This document shows positions 34,107 through 44,584 of a DNA stretch of 64,000 nt, piece after piece (the first letter of the stretch is position 1; each line of letters opens with the position of its first letter). Under the pieces are notes generated by a model. It made no database searches, was not told where the DNA came from, and saw nothing but the letters and a program-made list of their open reading frames with translations. Origin of the DNA: Savitreella phatthalungensis (Eukaryota); assembly GCA_051599415.1 (NCBI GenBank), contig AP039700.1, positions 372,001 through 436,000 of the forward strand, written 5' to 3'. The translations under genes were made by a program, and so were the position numbers.

Positions 34107-35135
34107 CTAGGGGTGGCCCCAGATCTCCTTTGGCTTGTAGAGCTCGTCGATTGCTTTGATCTCCGCGTCAGTCAGCTCGAGTCCGAGCGCAGCGATCGCA
34201 TCGTCCACACGCTTCTCGCTAGACATGCCAATGATCGGAGAAGTGATGAAGGGCTTCGAAAGGACCCAGGCAGTGGCCACCTGAGCCATCGTCACACCGC
34301 GTGCTTGAGCGATTTCGTGCACCTTGGCGTTGATCAACTTATCGGCGTCGTGCGTACCCATATAGGCCTGAATGACTTGACTGCGAGAGCTGTCTGCGGC
34401 CTCGCTAGCAGGCCGGGCGAGATAACCCATAGCTAGCGGCGACCATGGTATGCAGCCAGTACCGAACTTCTCAAGCGACGGCATCATCTCCCGTTCTTCC
34501 TCTCGATAGATTGCAGAGTAGTAATTCTGCATCGACACGAACTGCGTCCACCCGTTCAGTTTCGCGGTGTACTGCATCTCGAGGAACTGGTGCGCACGCA
34601 TGGAAGATGCTCCGATGTAGCGAACCTTACCGCTGATCACCAGATCATGCAGTGCCCGCATCGTCTCTTCGACTGGCGTGTCCGGATCGAAGCGGTGGAT
34701 CTGGTATAAGTCGATGTAATCCACACCCAGTCGTTTGAGCGAGTGCTCTACGGCCTGAAAGATGTGCTTTCGAGACAAACCATATTGGTTGCTGTAGAAT
34801 TTGTTGTCACGCTCGTCGATGGGCATCTCGTTCACCGGCTTCTCGTCGAGCGAACGGCGAATCGGGGCATTGAGCTTCGTGGCAATCACGATGTGCTCGC
34901 GAACCCAACCGAATTGCTTGATAGCCTTGCCAAGGATCTCCTCAGACACGCCATCGCTGTAGATGTCTGCGGTGTCGAAGAAGTTGATGCCGCTCTGGTA
35001 ACACTTCTGGAGAATTGGCAAAGCCTCTGCCTCTTCAATCACCCATGGCGCCCACCTGCGATCTCCGTAGCTCATGCATCCGACGCAGATGCGGGACACC
35101 TTCAGACCTGTCTTGCCGAGCTTCGTGTACTTCAT
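34107..35135 (-). CDS. Aldo/keto reductase (aryl-alcohol dehydrogenase-like)
   Basis: LGKTGLKVSRICVGCMSYG, GINFFDTADIYSDG, IATK, DYIDLYQIHRFD, GKVRYIGASSM, IPWSPLAMG. Confidence 0.93.
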   Translation of the reverse strand: MKYTKLGKTGLKVSRICVGCMSYGDRRWAPWVIEEAEALPILQKCYQSGINFFDTADIYSDGVSEEILGKAIKQFGWVREHIVIATKLNAPIRRSLDEKPVNEMPIDERDNKFYSNQYGLSRKHIFQAVEHSLKRLGVDYIDLYQIHRFDPDTPVEETMRALHDLVISGKVRYIGASSMRAHQFLEMQYTAKLNGWTQFVSMQNYYSAIYREEEREMMPSLEKFGTGCIPWSPLAMGYLARPASEAADSSRSQVIQAYMGTHDADKLINAKVHEIAQARGVTMAQVATAWVLSKPFITSPIIGMSSEKRVDDAIAALGLELTDAEIKAIDELYKPKEIWGHP

Positions 35136-35441
35136 AGCGCACGATCGAATGCGAGAATCAGGCGCCTTTACCTGTTTCGAGTTCAGAGACTGTCGTCTTC
35201 TGCTGCAGTGATGCCGCTTTTAACCCTTGACACTACCCCACAAGCGTGCAATGTGATTCGTAATTGAAGCGCATGCTGCGTATTTGCGGCCGCTGCCATA
35301 CTCAATGATCATCGACTAAACACATGCTACCGGGCATAGCCACATACCTTGATCATTGCAATTGATTGGCTCGACACGATCAAAGAAAATAAACCAAGTT
35401 TCGAAACTACACTCGAGCAACGTCTCTCCATAATACTAGAC

Positions 35442-37556
35442 CTACTCGTCCTCCTCTTCCTCCTCGATTTCCTCGGGGTCTTCGATGCTTCTCGTGATGA
35501 GTGGCTTGATGATCGACTCGAAGTACGGGTGGTCGCGGCCAGGAGGTGAAGACTTGTTGATTTGTGCGAAGTACTTCGGGTAGATGTCGCCGTCAGCTGT
35601 GCCAATTGGAGCGTTGATGAAGAAGTCGGAGAGGTTGAATGCGTCAGTCAGACCGATGCATTGTCCACGAACCTCGAGGCAGAGCTCCGTCGTGCGGGTG
35701 CGGATTGCGTCGATGTTCTCCGACGTGAAGTAGCCAGCCTGCAGGAAGACACCAGAGTTCTCCTCAATGGACCACATCGCGTAGAGATGAGCGAGAGGAC
35801 GGATGACCTTTGCAATCTCTGCTGGAGCACCCTCAAGAGTCTCAAGGAATCCCTTGACCAGGAAGCCACGCGTGTGAATTTGAGCCGCGAGGGCACGCAA
35901 TTGCGACGTGAGCTCGTAAGCCTCGTCGGTAGACTTGCCCTTGGAGGTGAAACCCTCGAAAGCCAGTGCAGCCTTCTCGACAGCGACTGCGGAGCAGCAG
36001 TCCCATGCCTCTTTGATGACGCTGTGGTCGCTGATATCGCGGCCTTGGGCACGCGCCGACTTGAGCTGCTCGCGCTTGTTCAGATAAGCTGTTCCTGAGG
36101 GGAGCTGCTTTCCGGCGACGGCATCCTTGTAGGAGCCAATAAGCGCACGACCTGCCTGGAGCGACAGAATTGTGTTGTCTCCCTCCCATGTGCAGTGGAC
36201 GGCGAAGTCGGCGAAGGCTGATCCGAAACCGTTGTAGGCGGAGTATCCATGGCCTCCGCAAGCTTGACGACACTTGTCAATCGACTCAAGCGCCGACCAC
36301 GTGCAGAAAGCCTTAAGACCTGCAGATGTGGCATGCAACTCCTTCAGTGTCTCAACAGCGTCTTCGGTAGCCTTCTTGTCTGCGCCCTCAGCATCCTCGA
36401 GCTTCTTCATGCACTCATTGTACATCTTGTAGAGCTTGTCACCGGCAAACTGCATTGCGTAGGTCTGCGCCAGAAGCGGCATGAGACGACGCTGGTGCAT
36501 AGCGTAGTCGATCAGCTTCGTCTCTGGCTTGTCAGGAGAGGAAGCAAACTGACGACGCACGCAAGCGTAACGGATTGCGATGGTCGTAATACGCTTGCTC
36601 ACTGCAGAGGAGTCGAGCACCATGGCAGTACGTCCGGTGATGAGCGCACCGTATGTGAGCTGCGCAAGTGCAGGCTCCTTGACAATACCCTCCCGAGACA
36701 CCTGGGTGTGCTTCATGAGCATGTACATACGAGGAATGCGCACATGTGAGAATTGGACGTAACCGTTGTCGATACCGTCGCGGCCCATCTTCTTTCCTAG
36801 GTCACCGATGGTGACTCCAGGCTTGAGAGAGTAGTCGTTGGCATTACGAAGCGGCACAACAAACGTCTTGACACCGTGACGCTTACCGTGCACGATGAGC
36901 TGTGCAAAGACGACGGAGTGTGTTGCAGAGTGAGCGGCGCCGCCGATCCACCACTTGGTGGCTGTGAGGGATGGCGTGTGGATCACGAACTCGTCTGTGT
37001 CCTGGTCGAATGTGGCGGTTGTCTCGAGAGCCTGCACGTTTGAGCCGTGTCCGAGCTCGGTCATGCAGAAGCAGCCAACGATACCCTGAAGAGAAGCGGC
37101 ACCACGTGAGATCCAGTAGCCGAGCTGTGCAGAGTTTGCCTGACCTCGGAGGGCGTTGAAGAAGAGACCGTAGTGGACACCGAATCTCGTCCAGAAGCCC
37201 GGGTCGACGATGGAGATGAGGGAAAGGCGAAGGAAAGTGACCTGTTCCGGGTCGGACGTGACATAGTGAGCCATGTTGCGGAACTTCTTCATCGTCCGCT
37301 CGCGCACCTGATCCTTTGTGAGGTCGTACCAGTCGTCGTTACGCATGTCCGGGTCACGCTCGATAGAGAGCATCAAGCGCTCCTTGAGCTGTGTCTGCTT
37401 TCGACCGCCATCGAGGAAGTAAGTGAGCTCGCGCACATCAAAGTTGGTCGCCTCACGCTCTGTCTCCATCGCGAGCACTGTGTCGAGCGCTGGGTCGACG
37501 GTGACCGGATTGAGATGATGCGTGATGCTGCTCACACGCGAACGTCCCTTCGACAT
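35442..37556 (-). CDS. POX1: Peroxisomal acyl-CoA oxidase
   Basis: GCFCMTELGHGSNV, TATKWWIGGAAHSATH, KKMGRDGIDNG, CRQACGGHGYS, CTWEGDN (catalytic Glu); first ATG at 37556. Confidence 0.95.
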   Translation of the reverse strand: MSKGRSRVSSITHHLNPVTVDPALDTVLAMETEREATNFDVRELTYFLDGGRKQTQLKERLMLSIERDPDMRNDDWYDLTKDQVRERTMKKFRNMAHYVTSDPEQVTFLRLSLISIVDPGFWTRFGVHYGLFFNALRGQANSAQLGYWISRGAASLQGIVGCFCMTELGHGSNVQALETTATFDQDTDEFVIHTPSLTATKWWIGGAAHSATHSVVFAQLIVHGKRHGVKTFVVPLRNANDYSLKPGVTIGDLGKKMGRDGIDNGYVQFSHVRIPRMYMLMKHTQVSREGIVKEPALAQLTYGALITGRTAMVLDSSAVSKRITTIAIRYACVRRQFASSPDKPETKLIDYAMHQRRLMPLLAQTYAMQFAGDKLYKMYNECMKKLEDAEGADKKATEDAVETLKELHATSAGLKAFCTWSALESIDKCRQACGGHGYSAYNGFGSAFADFAVHCTWEGDNTILSLQAGRALIGSYKDAVAGKQLPSGTAYLNKREQLKSARAQGRDISDHSVIKEAWDCCSAVAVEKAALAFEGFTSKGKSTDEAYELTSQLRALAAQIHTRGFLVKGFLETLEGAPAEIAKVIRPLAHLYAMWSIEENSGVFLQAGYFTSENIDAIRTRTTELCLEVRGQCIGLTDAFNLSDFFINAPIGTADGDIYPKYFAQINKSSPPGRDHPYFESIIKPLITRSIEDPEEIEEEEEDE

Positions 37557-39317
37557 GATTGATGTAGTTGTCCTGGATGTAATGAATGAAATGGATGCTT
37601 TTGAGCTTTTATTATGGATGTGCTTTCCAAAATGGCCGTGTCTGTGAGGATGTGGTTGTGTGGATAAGTCACAAGATGACTTGCTGGAGTGATGAAGTGA
37701 TGGATGCGTTCGCCCACTTATTGAAGAAGGCAAAGCCGATTGACAGCGGGTCTTTCGGTGGACAGAGGATGATGTTATACTTGCCCCGAAGAATCACAGA
37801 ATGGATGGTACTCCAGCTCTTAGTCTTTTCACAGCCATGGGCTAGCCCTTGAGTCTCATCCATCTGGCCTGGCGTGGCCGAACTGACGGCTACAGTAGGC
37901 TTGGCAGCTATGAGATTGAAACCTTCTTTCTGAACCCCCACTCGGAATAATCAAGAGTTGGCTGAAGTTCGAAGTTGAAGCTTTTAATTTAGATGCGTTT
38001 GAATAGGTAATCATATTCACTTCTGTTGTCCAAACGTACGTATACGCTATAGGATTGATCGATCAAAAAAGAGGTTTGACCTGAGAAGGAATAATTTCCA
38101 GAGAGGCATAGAAGCCTTCGTCAATTCGGGTCTGCTCTGCCGCCCGAAGAACCGAGATCGGTCCGCCTGTCGGCTTCCGCCTTGCACGATGCAAACAGTG
38201 GTGAGATTGCAACGCAACGAAATAGGCATAAGGGATTCAATGTATTGAAGGAGTACGCAGATAGTCCTGGTGAAGTTTATATAATCAGCAAATTCAATCA
38301 CATCAAAGACGAATCGAATTCAACTGTTGGCTTGCTTTTCTTAAGCTAAAGTCAGTCACATGAGATGGCTAGTTGTGACCGCCTGTAGACCAGAGCTCAC
38401 TCGACATCTTTCTGTGGAACCCCGCAATTGAGAGTGACGAAGAGGATCGAATTCTGGAGTCTTTAACCTCCAGATAATCGAAGTCAGTCGAGGTACGTGA
38501 ATACGCCAGTGAACGTCATGTCCCTCTTTTGAATTCATAGATTGAACGATCATAGAAGCTTCGTGATGCTGCCAGGAAAGGTTGACAAGCATTCAGTCAT
38601 TCATTCCAAATATACTGTGCCATGTCCATGCAAATGGATTCCGTGATCAATGACTGCCTGGACAACCATACAATAGCTGATGACTAGTCGTATGAGTTCT
38701 TTGAAGGCAAAGATCAAAGAACATGCAGTCTGGAGTTCGCAGTCAAGATCACATGTCTCCTGATCGACCACTCTCTGACTGTTGCATTTTCGAAGCTCTG
38801 TTTGATTGCAGCTACGACAATTGAATCATGGAGAATTACGTACTCGATCAAAACTGGATTTCAAACTTACAATCAATCTGAGCGTGAAGTATAACAAAGT
38901 CAATATTAATCAATTGACTCTTTATTCCCGGACCAAACATGTGGATCCTTCCAGCCGGTACCGATGCACAGCGGAAGTCCACCACCTCGGGGCCGCGTTG
39001 GTACGGGGTTGAAGAAAGTCTGAAACACACATTTCTCTGGAGATTGCCAAATGAAGAATTCAGTCCTACCTGTAGTACATGGCGCCCTGCCGATCGCTCC
39101 AAACCTCCCACGCAGGTCCAGCTGTCAGAATGCCCTCATAAGATCGATCAGATCGACAACATCGATATACGGTTGTTGCCGACGGCCACGAATGCATAAT
39201 GTTCTCTTTCCCGTCTGACCATCTCTACGATGGTGCCGCTCGTTTAACGACTTCATTCTCTGAGAACTTTCCCTCTGACATGTGACAGTGAAATCATATC
39301 AATTTTGCATACCTACC

Positions 39318-40640
39318 TCAGGGCAAATCGTCCATGTCTACCACGTCATCGTCCAAGTCACCAAATGACTCTTCCAGCCGTCGCCGTTCGTCCTCAATGT
39401 CCTGAATCTGCTTGCGGCCGAGGTCTTCGGTGTATCGCATCGCACGCACAGACTCATTTCTCAACTCGAGACAGAACTTGATTCGCTCGTGGAAGCCTTG
39501 TTGCGGTGCGTCCGTCGCATAGAGATCTTCCGGCGGGGATGACAGCAGCTCTGCTCGCTCGTGGTCCAGTTTCGCACTGATGATGTTCTCCCTGATCGCT
39601 TTTGAGACCACGTACTCTGTCGACTCCTCCGAAGCGAGGCCGAGCTTCAGGCAGATGTCACGGAGCGAAATGCGATTGTACGAGAGCGAGATGCCTCGAA
39701 TGCCAGTTTTGAGAACGTTCGTACGCAGTCGAGAGATAAGTGTAGCCGTACCATCACGCTTGAAGTCTGCAGCGTGTTCGGTTTGCACATTCTGATATGC
39801 GATCAGATCACCACGGCGCACAGCATCCACAAGCGCTGCATATGGACGTAGAGCCTTTTCAAGCTGTTCGACCTGTAGCGACTGCTTCTCGGGAATGTCT
39901 CCAATCAGCAGCTGTACAACAACATCGAGTTTGTGAGCTGCCTGCAGGAAGCCAAGCGTCGATTGTCCTAAATCGACCTTCCGAATAGCATTTGTGAGAT
40001 GGTCGTTGGCGCTCGAATAGTCGAGCTGAATGGCTCTGACCCGCGCCAAATAGTACAGATACCGGGCGATGACAGCGTTCGGTGCGGTCTGCGGAAACGT
40101 CGTCTTGGCGATGAACCTGTCGGCACCGGCGATATCATTTTCGAGCAAATAGGCACGGAGAATTAGGGTAATCAAGGTCGCGAGCGAAAGTGAGTCGTGA
40201 CGGAGCGTCGCCGTCCGCTGGGCTTGCAGAAGATCCGAACGAATGTCCTGCAACTTGCCAAGACGTTCTGCGAACTGCGCGAAATAGAAAAACACTCGTG
40301 CAGCCACAGCATCGAGCTTGCGCGAATTAGCCGCACGAATGTAGGCAACGAGAGCTCGTGACAATGCGAGGCCCTCTGCTAGCAGCCCATTGTCCAATAA
40401 GTAGACCTGAACTAGCAGACCCTGAAAGAGATCGACATCCGTCAGCCGGGGAACATCTTTTCCCTCGAGCGCCTCGACCAATTCGCGAGACGTGAGCACC
40501 GTGCTCAATGATTCGCGTGTCAGCTGTTTTCGGACGCGAGAGATCTGTCGGATGTGATTTGACACTGACAAGTGGCTGTCACTTTCTACAGCTTCAATCA
40601 GCCTTCTCAGATTGGCATAGTCTTCCGACTTGTCGACCAT
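39318..40640 (-). CDS. RPN3: 26S proteasome lid subunit Rpn3
   Basis: RTATLRHD, ARYLYYLARVRAIQLDYS, VVQLLIGDIPE, RLRTNVLKTG..ISLSYNRISLRDIC, FHERIKFCLEL.NESVRAMRY; start could be 40706. Confidence 0.95.
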   Translation of the reverse strand: MVDKSEDYANLRRLIEAVESDSHLSVSNHIRQISRVRKQLTRESLSTVLTSRELVEALEGKDVPRLTDVDLFQGLLVQVYLLDNGLLAEGLALSRALVAYIRAANSRKLDAVAARVFFYFAQFAERLGKLQDIRSDLLQAQRTATLRHDSLSLATLITLILRAYLLENDIAGADRFIAKTTFPQTAPNAVIARYLYYLARVRAIQLDYSSANDHLTNAIRKVDLGQSTLGFLQAAHKLDVVVQLLIGDIPEKQSLQVEQLEKALRPYAALVDAVRRGDLIAYQNVQTEHAADFKRDGTATLISRLRTNVLKTGIRGISLSYNRISLRDICLKLGLASEESTEYVVSKAIRENIISAKLDHERAELLSSPPEDLYATDAPQQGFHERIKFCLELRNESVRAMRYTEDLGRKQIQDIEDERRRLEESFGDLDDDVVDMDDLP

Positions 40641-40795
40641 GATTGTCTCTCCTGTGGACGCGTAACTCAATGTCGCGCCGATATGTATGACGAATCCTTC
40701 CTGCATCGATTTTTATTTAGACCGATCAAGATCTCCAGGCTACAGAAAGTTTGATCATATCGGATATGCAATGCTAGTGGAACCTCTACATGTGG

Positions 40796-42325
40796 CTATA
40801 ACTCCTCATCGTCCTCCATTTCCGCATCGTCGACGGTCTCCGCGCTGATGGGCCCTGATCTGCCAGAACTCTCGTCCGCTCGAATGCGCTTACGCCTTCG
40901 GCGCGTGGGCTTGACAGGTTCGTCACCCGCGGCGCCAGCGGCAGGAATGCGTTTTGCATTGCGGAGTTGGTCTGGCAGCGCCTGATGAGGCACGTCAAGA
41001 TCACCCTTGTTGAGCATAACGTAGAAGTGATCTCTGCATTGGACTCTGCCGCGCGTACCCACCTTTGCAGACACTAATTCCCAAGTGGTGTCAAACATTG
41101 GTCGTCCGTCATCCGGGCTCGGCTTAATTGCTTCGAAGACGGCTTCGCGTAGCTTGCGCTCCTCTTCGACGGTCCAGATGCCCTTGTTCAGCTTCCTTCC
41201 TGCACCGATATTTGTCAATTTGTTGCGCCAATGGTCGCGCACATCCTCAGGGAATCTACTCAGCCTTTGCCCAATCTCACGGAAGTTCTGTCCGAGCTCC
41301 TCGACAAGCTGGCGCAAGAGCTCCTCCTCCTCGGCAGTGAATTTTCCGCGCTCGTACGGATGGTACGTGCGACGAAACACCGCTCGAATCTTCGTCCTCG
41401 ACTTGTTGGGCAGAGCATCGTACAGCAACTGATAGACCTGGCTGCGCTCCGCGCTCTTCTTGGAATCTGCACTTCCCATGGCGACCCTGAATTCCTCCAA
41501 TGTCAATTGGCGATCCTGGCAGAATTCTCTGACGACAACTTCCATGGTTTCCTTATCTTCGGTCGATAAGATCTGTCCATCGTGTGGCGGTTCGAGATCC
41601 TGTGCGCGCTTCCGTGAGCCCTTTTTCTTCGCCAAGAATTCGTCAGCCTCAGCATCTGGGGAGTCTGTTTCTCCGGTCACTACCTCTGTTGATCGGAAAG
41701 CCCTTTTACGGCGCGGCGCACGCTTTGTCTTCGACGTTGCCGAAAGTTGCTCTTCTTCGGCAGCCTGATCATCGTCAACCTCAGCAGGCCGCGATGTTTT
41801 GTTTTTGCCATTGGACTTAGGAGCGACAGACTCGTCGATGTCCCCTTGAGGAGCCGGACCATCTATCTGCGTCGTAGCCTTCTTCGGTCTGCCCCTCGGC
41901 CGACCTGGCTTCTTCACCGGGGTCGATGCAAGGACCACGGAGTCGTCGACGTCGAGTGACACATTGCCCGCAGGCGCCGGAGAGGCAAGCTCTTCGACCC
42001 TGCGACGCTTCGCAGGTAGTGTTGCATCCACATCGGTGCTTGCTTCGGGCCGTGGTCGAGGAGCACGCACATGAGAAGTGTTCAGGGCATTCTCTGGAAT
42101 CGCTCCGACGGCCACCAAAGCAAATAGTCTGAACTCGGCATGGGTTGAGCTCGCAAAGTACGTTTTAGCATAGCGGTAGAACCCGGTGTCGCGGATGACC
42201 TCTGCTTGAAGCTGATCGAGGAGTGCTTCGTCGGTCACATTACGCGTCCGCTTATACTTTCGTACAGCTTTACGCATCTTGTCGAGTCTCCCGGCCACAT
42301 GTGCGGCCGGTGAGTCTTCCGACAT
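40796..42325 (-). CDS. Myb-repeat DNA-binding protein, Reb1/Nsi1 (Pol I terminator factor)-like
   Basis: RRTYHPYERGKFTAEEEE.L, IGQRLSRFPEDVRDHWRN, GIWTVEEE.KL, WELVSAKVGTRGRVQCRDH; AT-hook-like KPGRPRGRPKK. Confidence 0.8.
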   Translation of the reverse strand: MSEDSPAAHVAGRLDKMRKAVRKYKRTRNVTDEALLDQLQAEVIRDTGFYRYAKTYFASSTHAEFRLFALVAVGAIPENALNTSHVRAPRPRPEASTDVDATLPAKRRRVEELASPAPAGNVSLDVDDSVVLASTPVKKPGRPRGRPKKATTQIDGPAPQGDIDESVAPKSNGKNKTSRPAEVDDDQAAEEEQLSATSKTKRAPRRKRAFRSTEVVTGETDSPDAEADEFLAKKKGSRKRAQDLEPPHDGQILSTEDKETMEVVVREFCQDRQLTLEEFRVAMGSADSKKSAERSQVYQLLYDALPNKSRTKIRAVFRRTYHPYERGKFTAEEEELLRQLVEELGQNFREIGQRLSRFPEDVRDHWRNKLTNIGAGRKLNKGIWTVEEERKLREAVFEAIKPSPDDGRPMFDTTWELVSAKVGTRGRVQCRDHFYVMLNKGDLDVPHQALPDQLRNAKRIPAAGAAGDEPVKPTRRRRKRIRADESSGRSGPISAETVDDAEMEDDEEL

Positions 42326-43399
42326 CGCCGTGAGCTTCGCAAGGCTGCTAGACAACGATGGGGATTGCTTTGAACGAGAAGCTGGAGGTATTGACGCGCG
42401 CTGATGATGGCGAGTGTTCGGGTGGTCGTTGCCAAAGGAAAATGGCTGGCATGCATTCGATGTCTACGTTTGCTGGGATAGATTTGACCGTGATTTACCA
42501 GTAGTCTTTATCTATCTATGACCATCCAGACGCAGCTATATAGTACATTACATTCATTACAGGATCCCGACTAAACATTTTTCTGTTTCATGAGTGCGCA
42601 TGCTCCATGTATTGCAGCACGAGATTTCGTGTATACAATTAATTCCAGATAGATCCGCGGCCACAGTATCCAATATATATTGGAAGCTTTAAATTGATTT
42701 TGACGTTCGACTTCTGCGTCTTCCTTCATGGAAAATCATTCATCATATTCTTTCTTGAATTGAGGTACGAATCTCTCATAAATCATGCATATATTATTAA
42801 TAGAATAGAGTAAATCATGAATATAGTATCTTAATGGAATAGAGTAGATTTTCTAATGCTTACAGCAGTCATTACATAGTCCATGAACAGTGCAATTCGA
42901 TGCAGCTTTCCTCTCCTTCCACAGATCACCGATTACCTCAACACATGATAACCAACATTCTTGTGTGAGGCCAACCTTGGGCTGTGAACAATATACCTTG
43001 TCGCTCACCAGATACATTGACAGGTTGTGATCCGCGGTCATCGACATCAAATTGGATCACAACTTGCATGCCCTGATGAAGCATTCCAGCGGACGGTGTA
43101 TGTTTCGAAGATGATTCACCATATCTGACTCGCATATTCATTCGCATATTCGTTCCATATGCATATACACGCGCACGGCATACGTATGACCTAGATGGAT
43201 TCTTCCAGCCTGATCAATTGAACATTTCTAGTCAGTCTGACCAGCTAATTAATATAGTTTTCATTTCAATAAAAAGGTGCACCTTGATTATCATCCATAT
43301 GGCAATTTCGATCAAGCGCGTACATACATCGATCGTCTGTATGACGTCGTTGAAACAAGCTCGAGAGATACCATCCTCGAGACCTGACAATCTCCAAGA

Positions 43400-43690
43400 A
43401 TGCTATCCAGACAAATCCGAACATCCTTCTCGCGTGCTAACGCCTTCTCGTTGAGGCGAACCATGGCCGGGGCTCCCCCAAAGACACAGGAGGGTCAAAA
43501 TGACGGCACCCCTTCGTCTTACAACATTCCGCCCAAGGAATCGAGTGATGACAGGCCACTTCCCAAGAGCCAAGACGAGCATCCTGGACCTGTAAGTTCT
43601 CAAATCCGTTTTGATTGTCAGCCAAGCGGCAGTGCTGGAGACTAACTTTCATGACAGGTCCACGCTGAGGGAGAGGAGCACAGAAAATAA
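43400..43690 (+). CDS. Small orphan protein (74 aa) with mitochondrial-type presequence; exons 43400-43591 and 43658-43690
   Basis: Arg/Ser-rich, acid-free N-terminus MLSRQIRTSFSRANAFSLRRTM; canonical intron GTAAGT...CTAAC...CAG (43592-43657); exon 2 reads VHAEGEEHRK*. Confidence 0.65.
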
Positions 43691-43693
43691 GCT

Positions 43694-44476
43694 TTATTCA
43701 CGCCACATCTTCCACAGACGACTATTGTCCTTGTGTCTGCTCATCTTGCCCATTCCAGTGGTCGGTGGTCCGTGCCAATCGCTCTCGAGTGTAATTTCGT
43801 TGTGCATGAAGCCGATGGTTTGCGCGAGTGCGAGAAATCCCTCAGCATTCTTCGTGTATCTTCCCGAACTGATCCAGACCTCTCCTCCCGTCCTGAGCAG
43901 GGCTTCTGTCGAGGAAAGGATATCGCGATGGGAAGAGTCGTACCAGAGTATATCAGAAAGAACAACAATGTCGAAGCGGCCGTCTCTCGACTGGCCAATC
44001 TGCCTGTGCTGTTCGATGACCCGGTCAGCAGACGTGCCCCACGTGTGACCTGCCACCACGACACAGGCGCCTGATAGTAGTTCTAGGTTGTCGCGCAAGT
44101 TCTCGCGCGGGTTGTCAAGGATTTCGTCCGCGTCGAAATCCGTGAGGAAGGCCGTCGTCGCCCCGTGCCTGGCCGCCGCAAGACCGACCAGTCCTGTGCC
44201 GCACCCCAGCTCGATCAGACTACGACCGCGAACGTTCAGCAACCCAGTAAAGATGCATTCTGCCAGCACTAGGGCCGGGGAGAATATAGCATCTGCAATC
44301 AGTGTCAGAGCTTTGCCTTCTTTCGGGAGGATCTTGATCGTGATCCCATCGATAGATGGCAGTACCTGTTCATCCTGATCTCCATCCTCTGAATCGCTCG
44401 TGAAACCACTGCCCTTCTCGAGCTTAAAGAGATCTGGCTCGAAGTTGAGCTCGTCTTCGGCCTCGTCAGTCGTCAT
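43694..44476 (-). CDS. SAM-dependent protein methyltransferase, Methyltransf_16 family (Nnt1/Efm7-like)
   Basis: IFSPALVLAECI, LIELGCGTGLVGL, FLTDF, GHTWG, FDIVVLSDILW. Confidence 0.85.
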   Translation of the reverse strand: MTTDEAEDELNFEPDLFKLEKGSGFTSDSEDGDQDEQVLPSIDGITIKILPKEGKALTLIADAIFSPALVLAECIFTGLLNVRGRSLIELGCGTGLVGLAAARHGATTAFLTDFDADEILDNPRENLRDNLELLSGACVVVAGHTWGTSADRVIEQHRQIGQSRDGRFDIVVLSDILWYDSSHRDILSSTEALLRTGGEVWISSGRYTKNAEGFLALAQTIGFMHNEITLESDWHGPPTTGMGKMSRHKDNSRLWKMWRE

Positions 44477-44584
44477 ACAATTCTCCGCGTCGCGATACAC
44501 ATTCTGCGCAATGTCGACTTTACAGCAAAGAGACCTTAATTATATTCGATTAGACTATGTTCAAAACAAATCGGAGTGTTCGAT

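Noticed and set aside
37557..37733. His/Ser-rich N-terminal extension of acyl-CoA oxidase
   Set aside because: Starts at TTG and looks like 5' UTR; the ATG at 37556 places the PTS2 near the N-terminus
38670..38765. TGATGA...CTGA pair resembling a C/D snoRNA
   Set aside because: No clear terminal stem and no rRNA-complementary guide that I could verify
38985..38990. CCTCGG (FarA/FarB fatty-acid element) upstream of POX1
   Set aside because: One hexamer 1.4 kb away is not distinguishable from background
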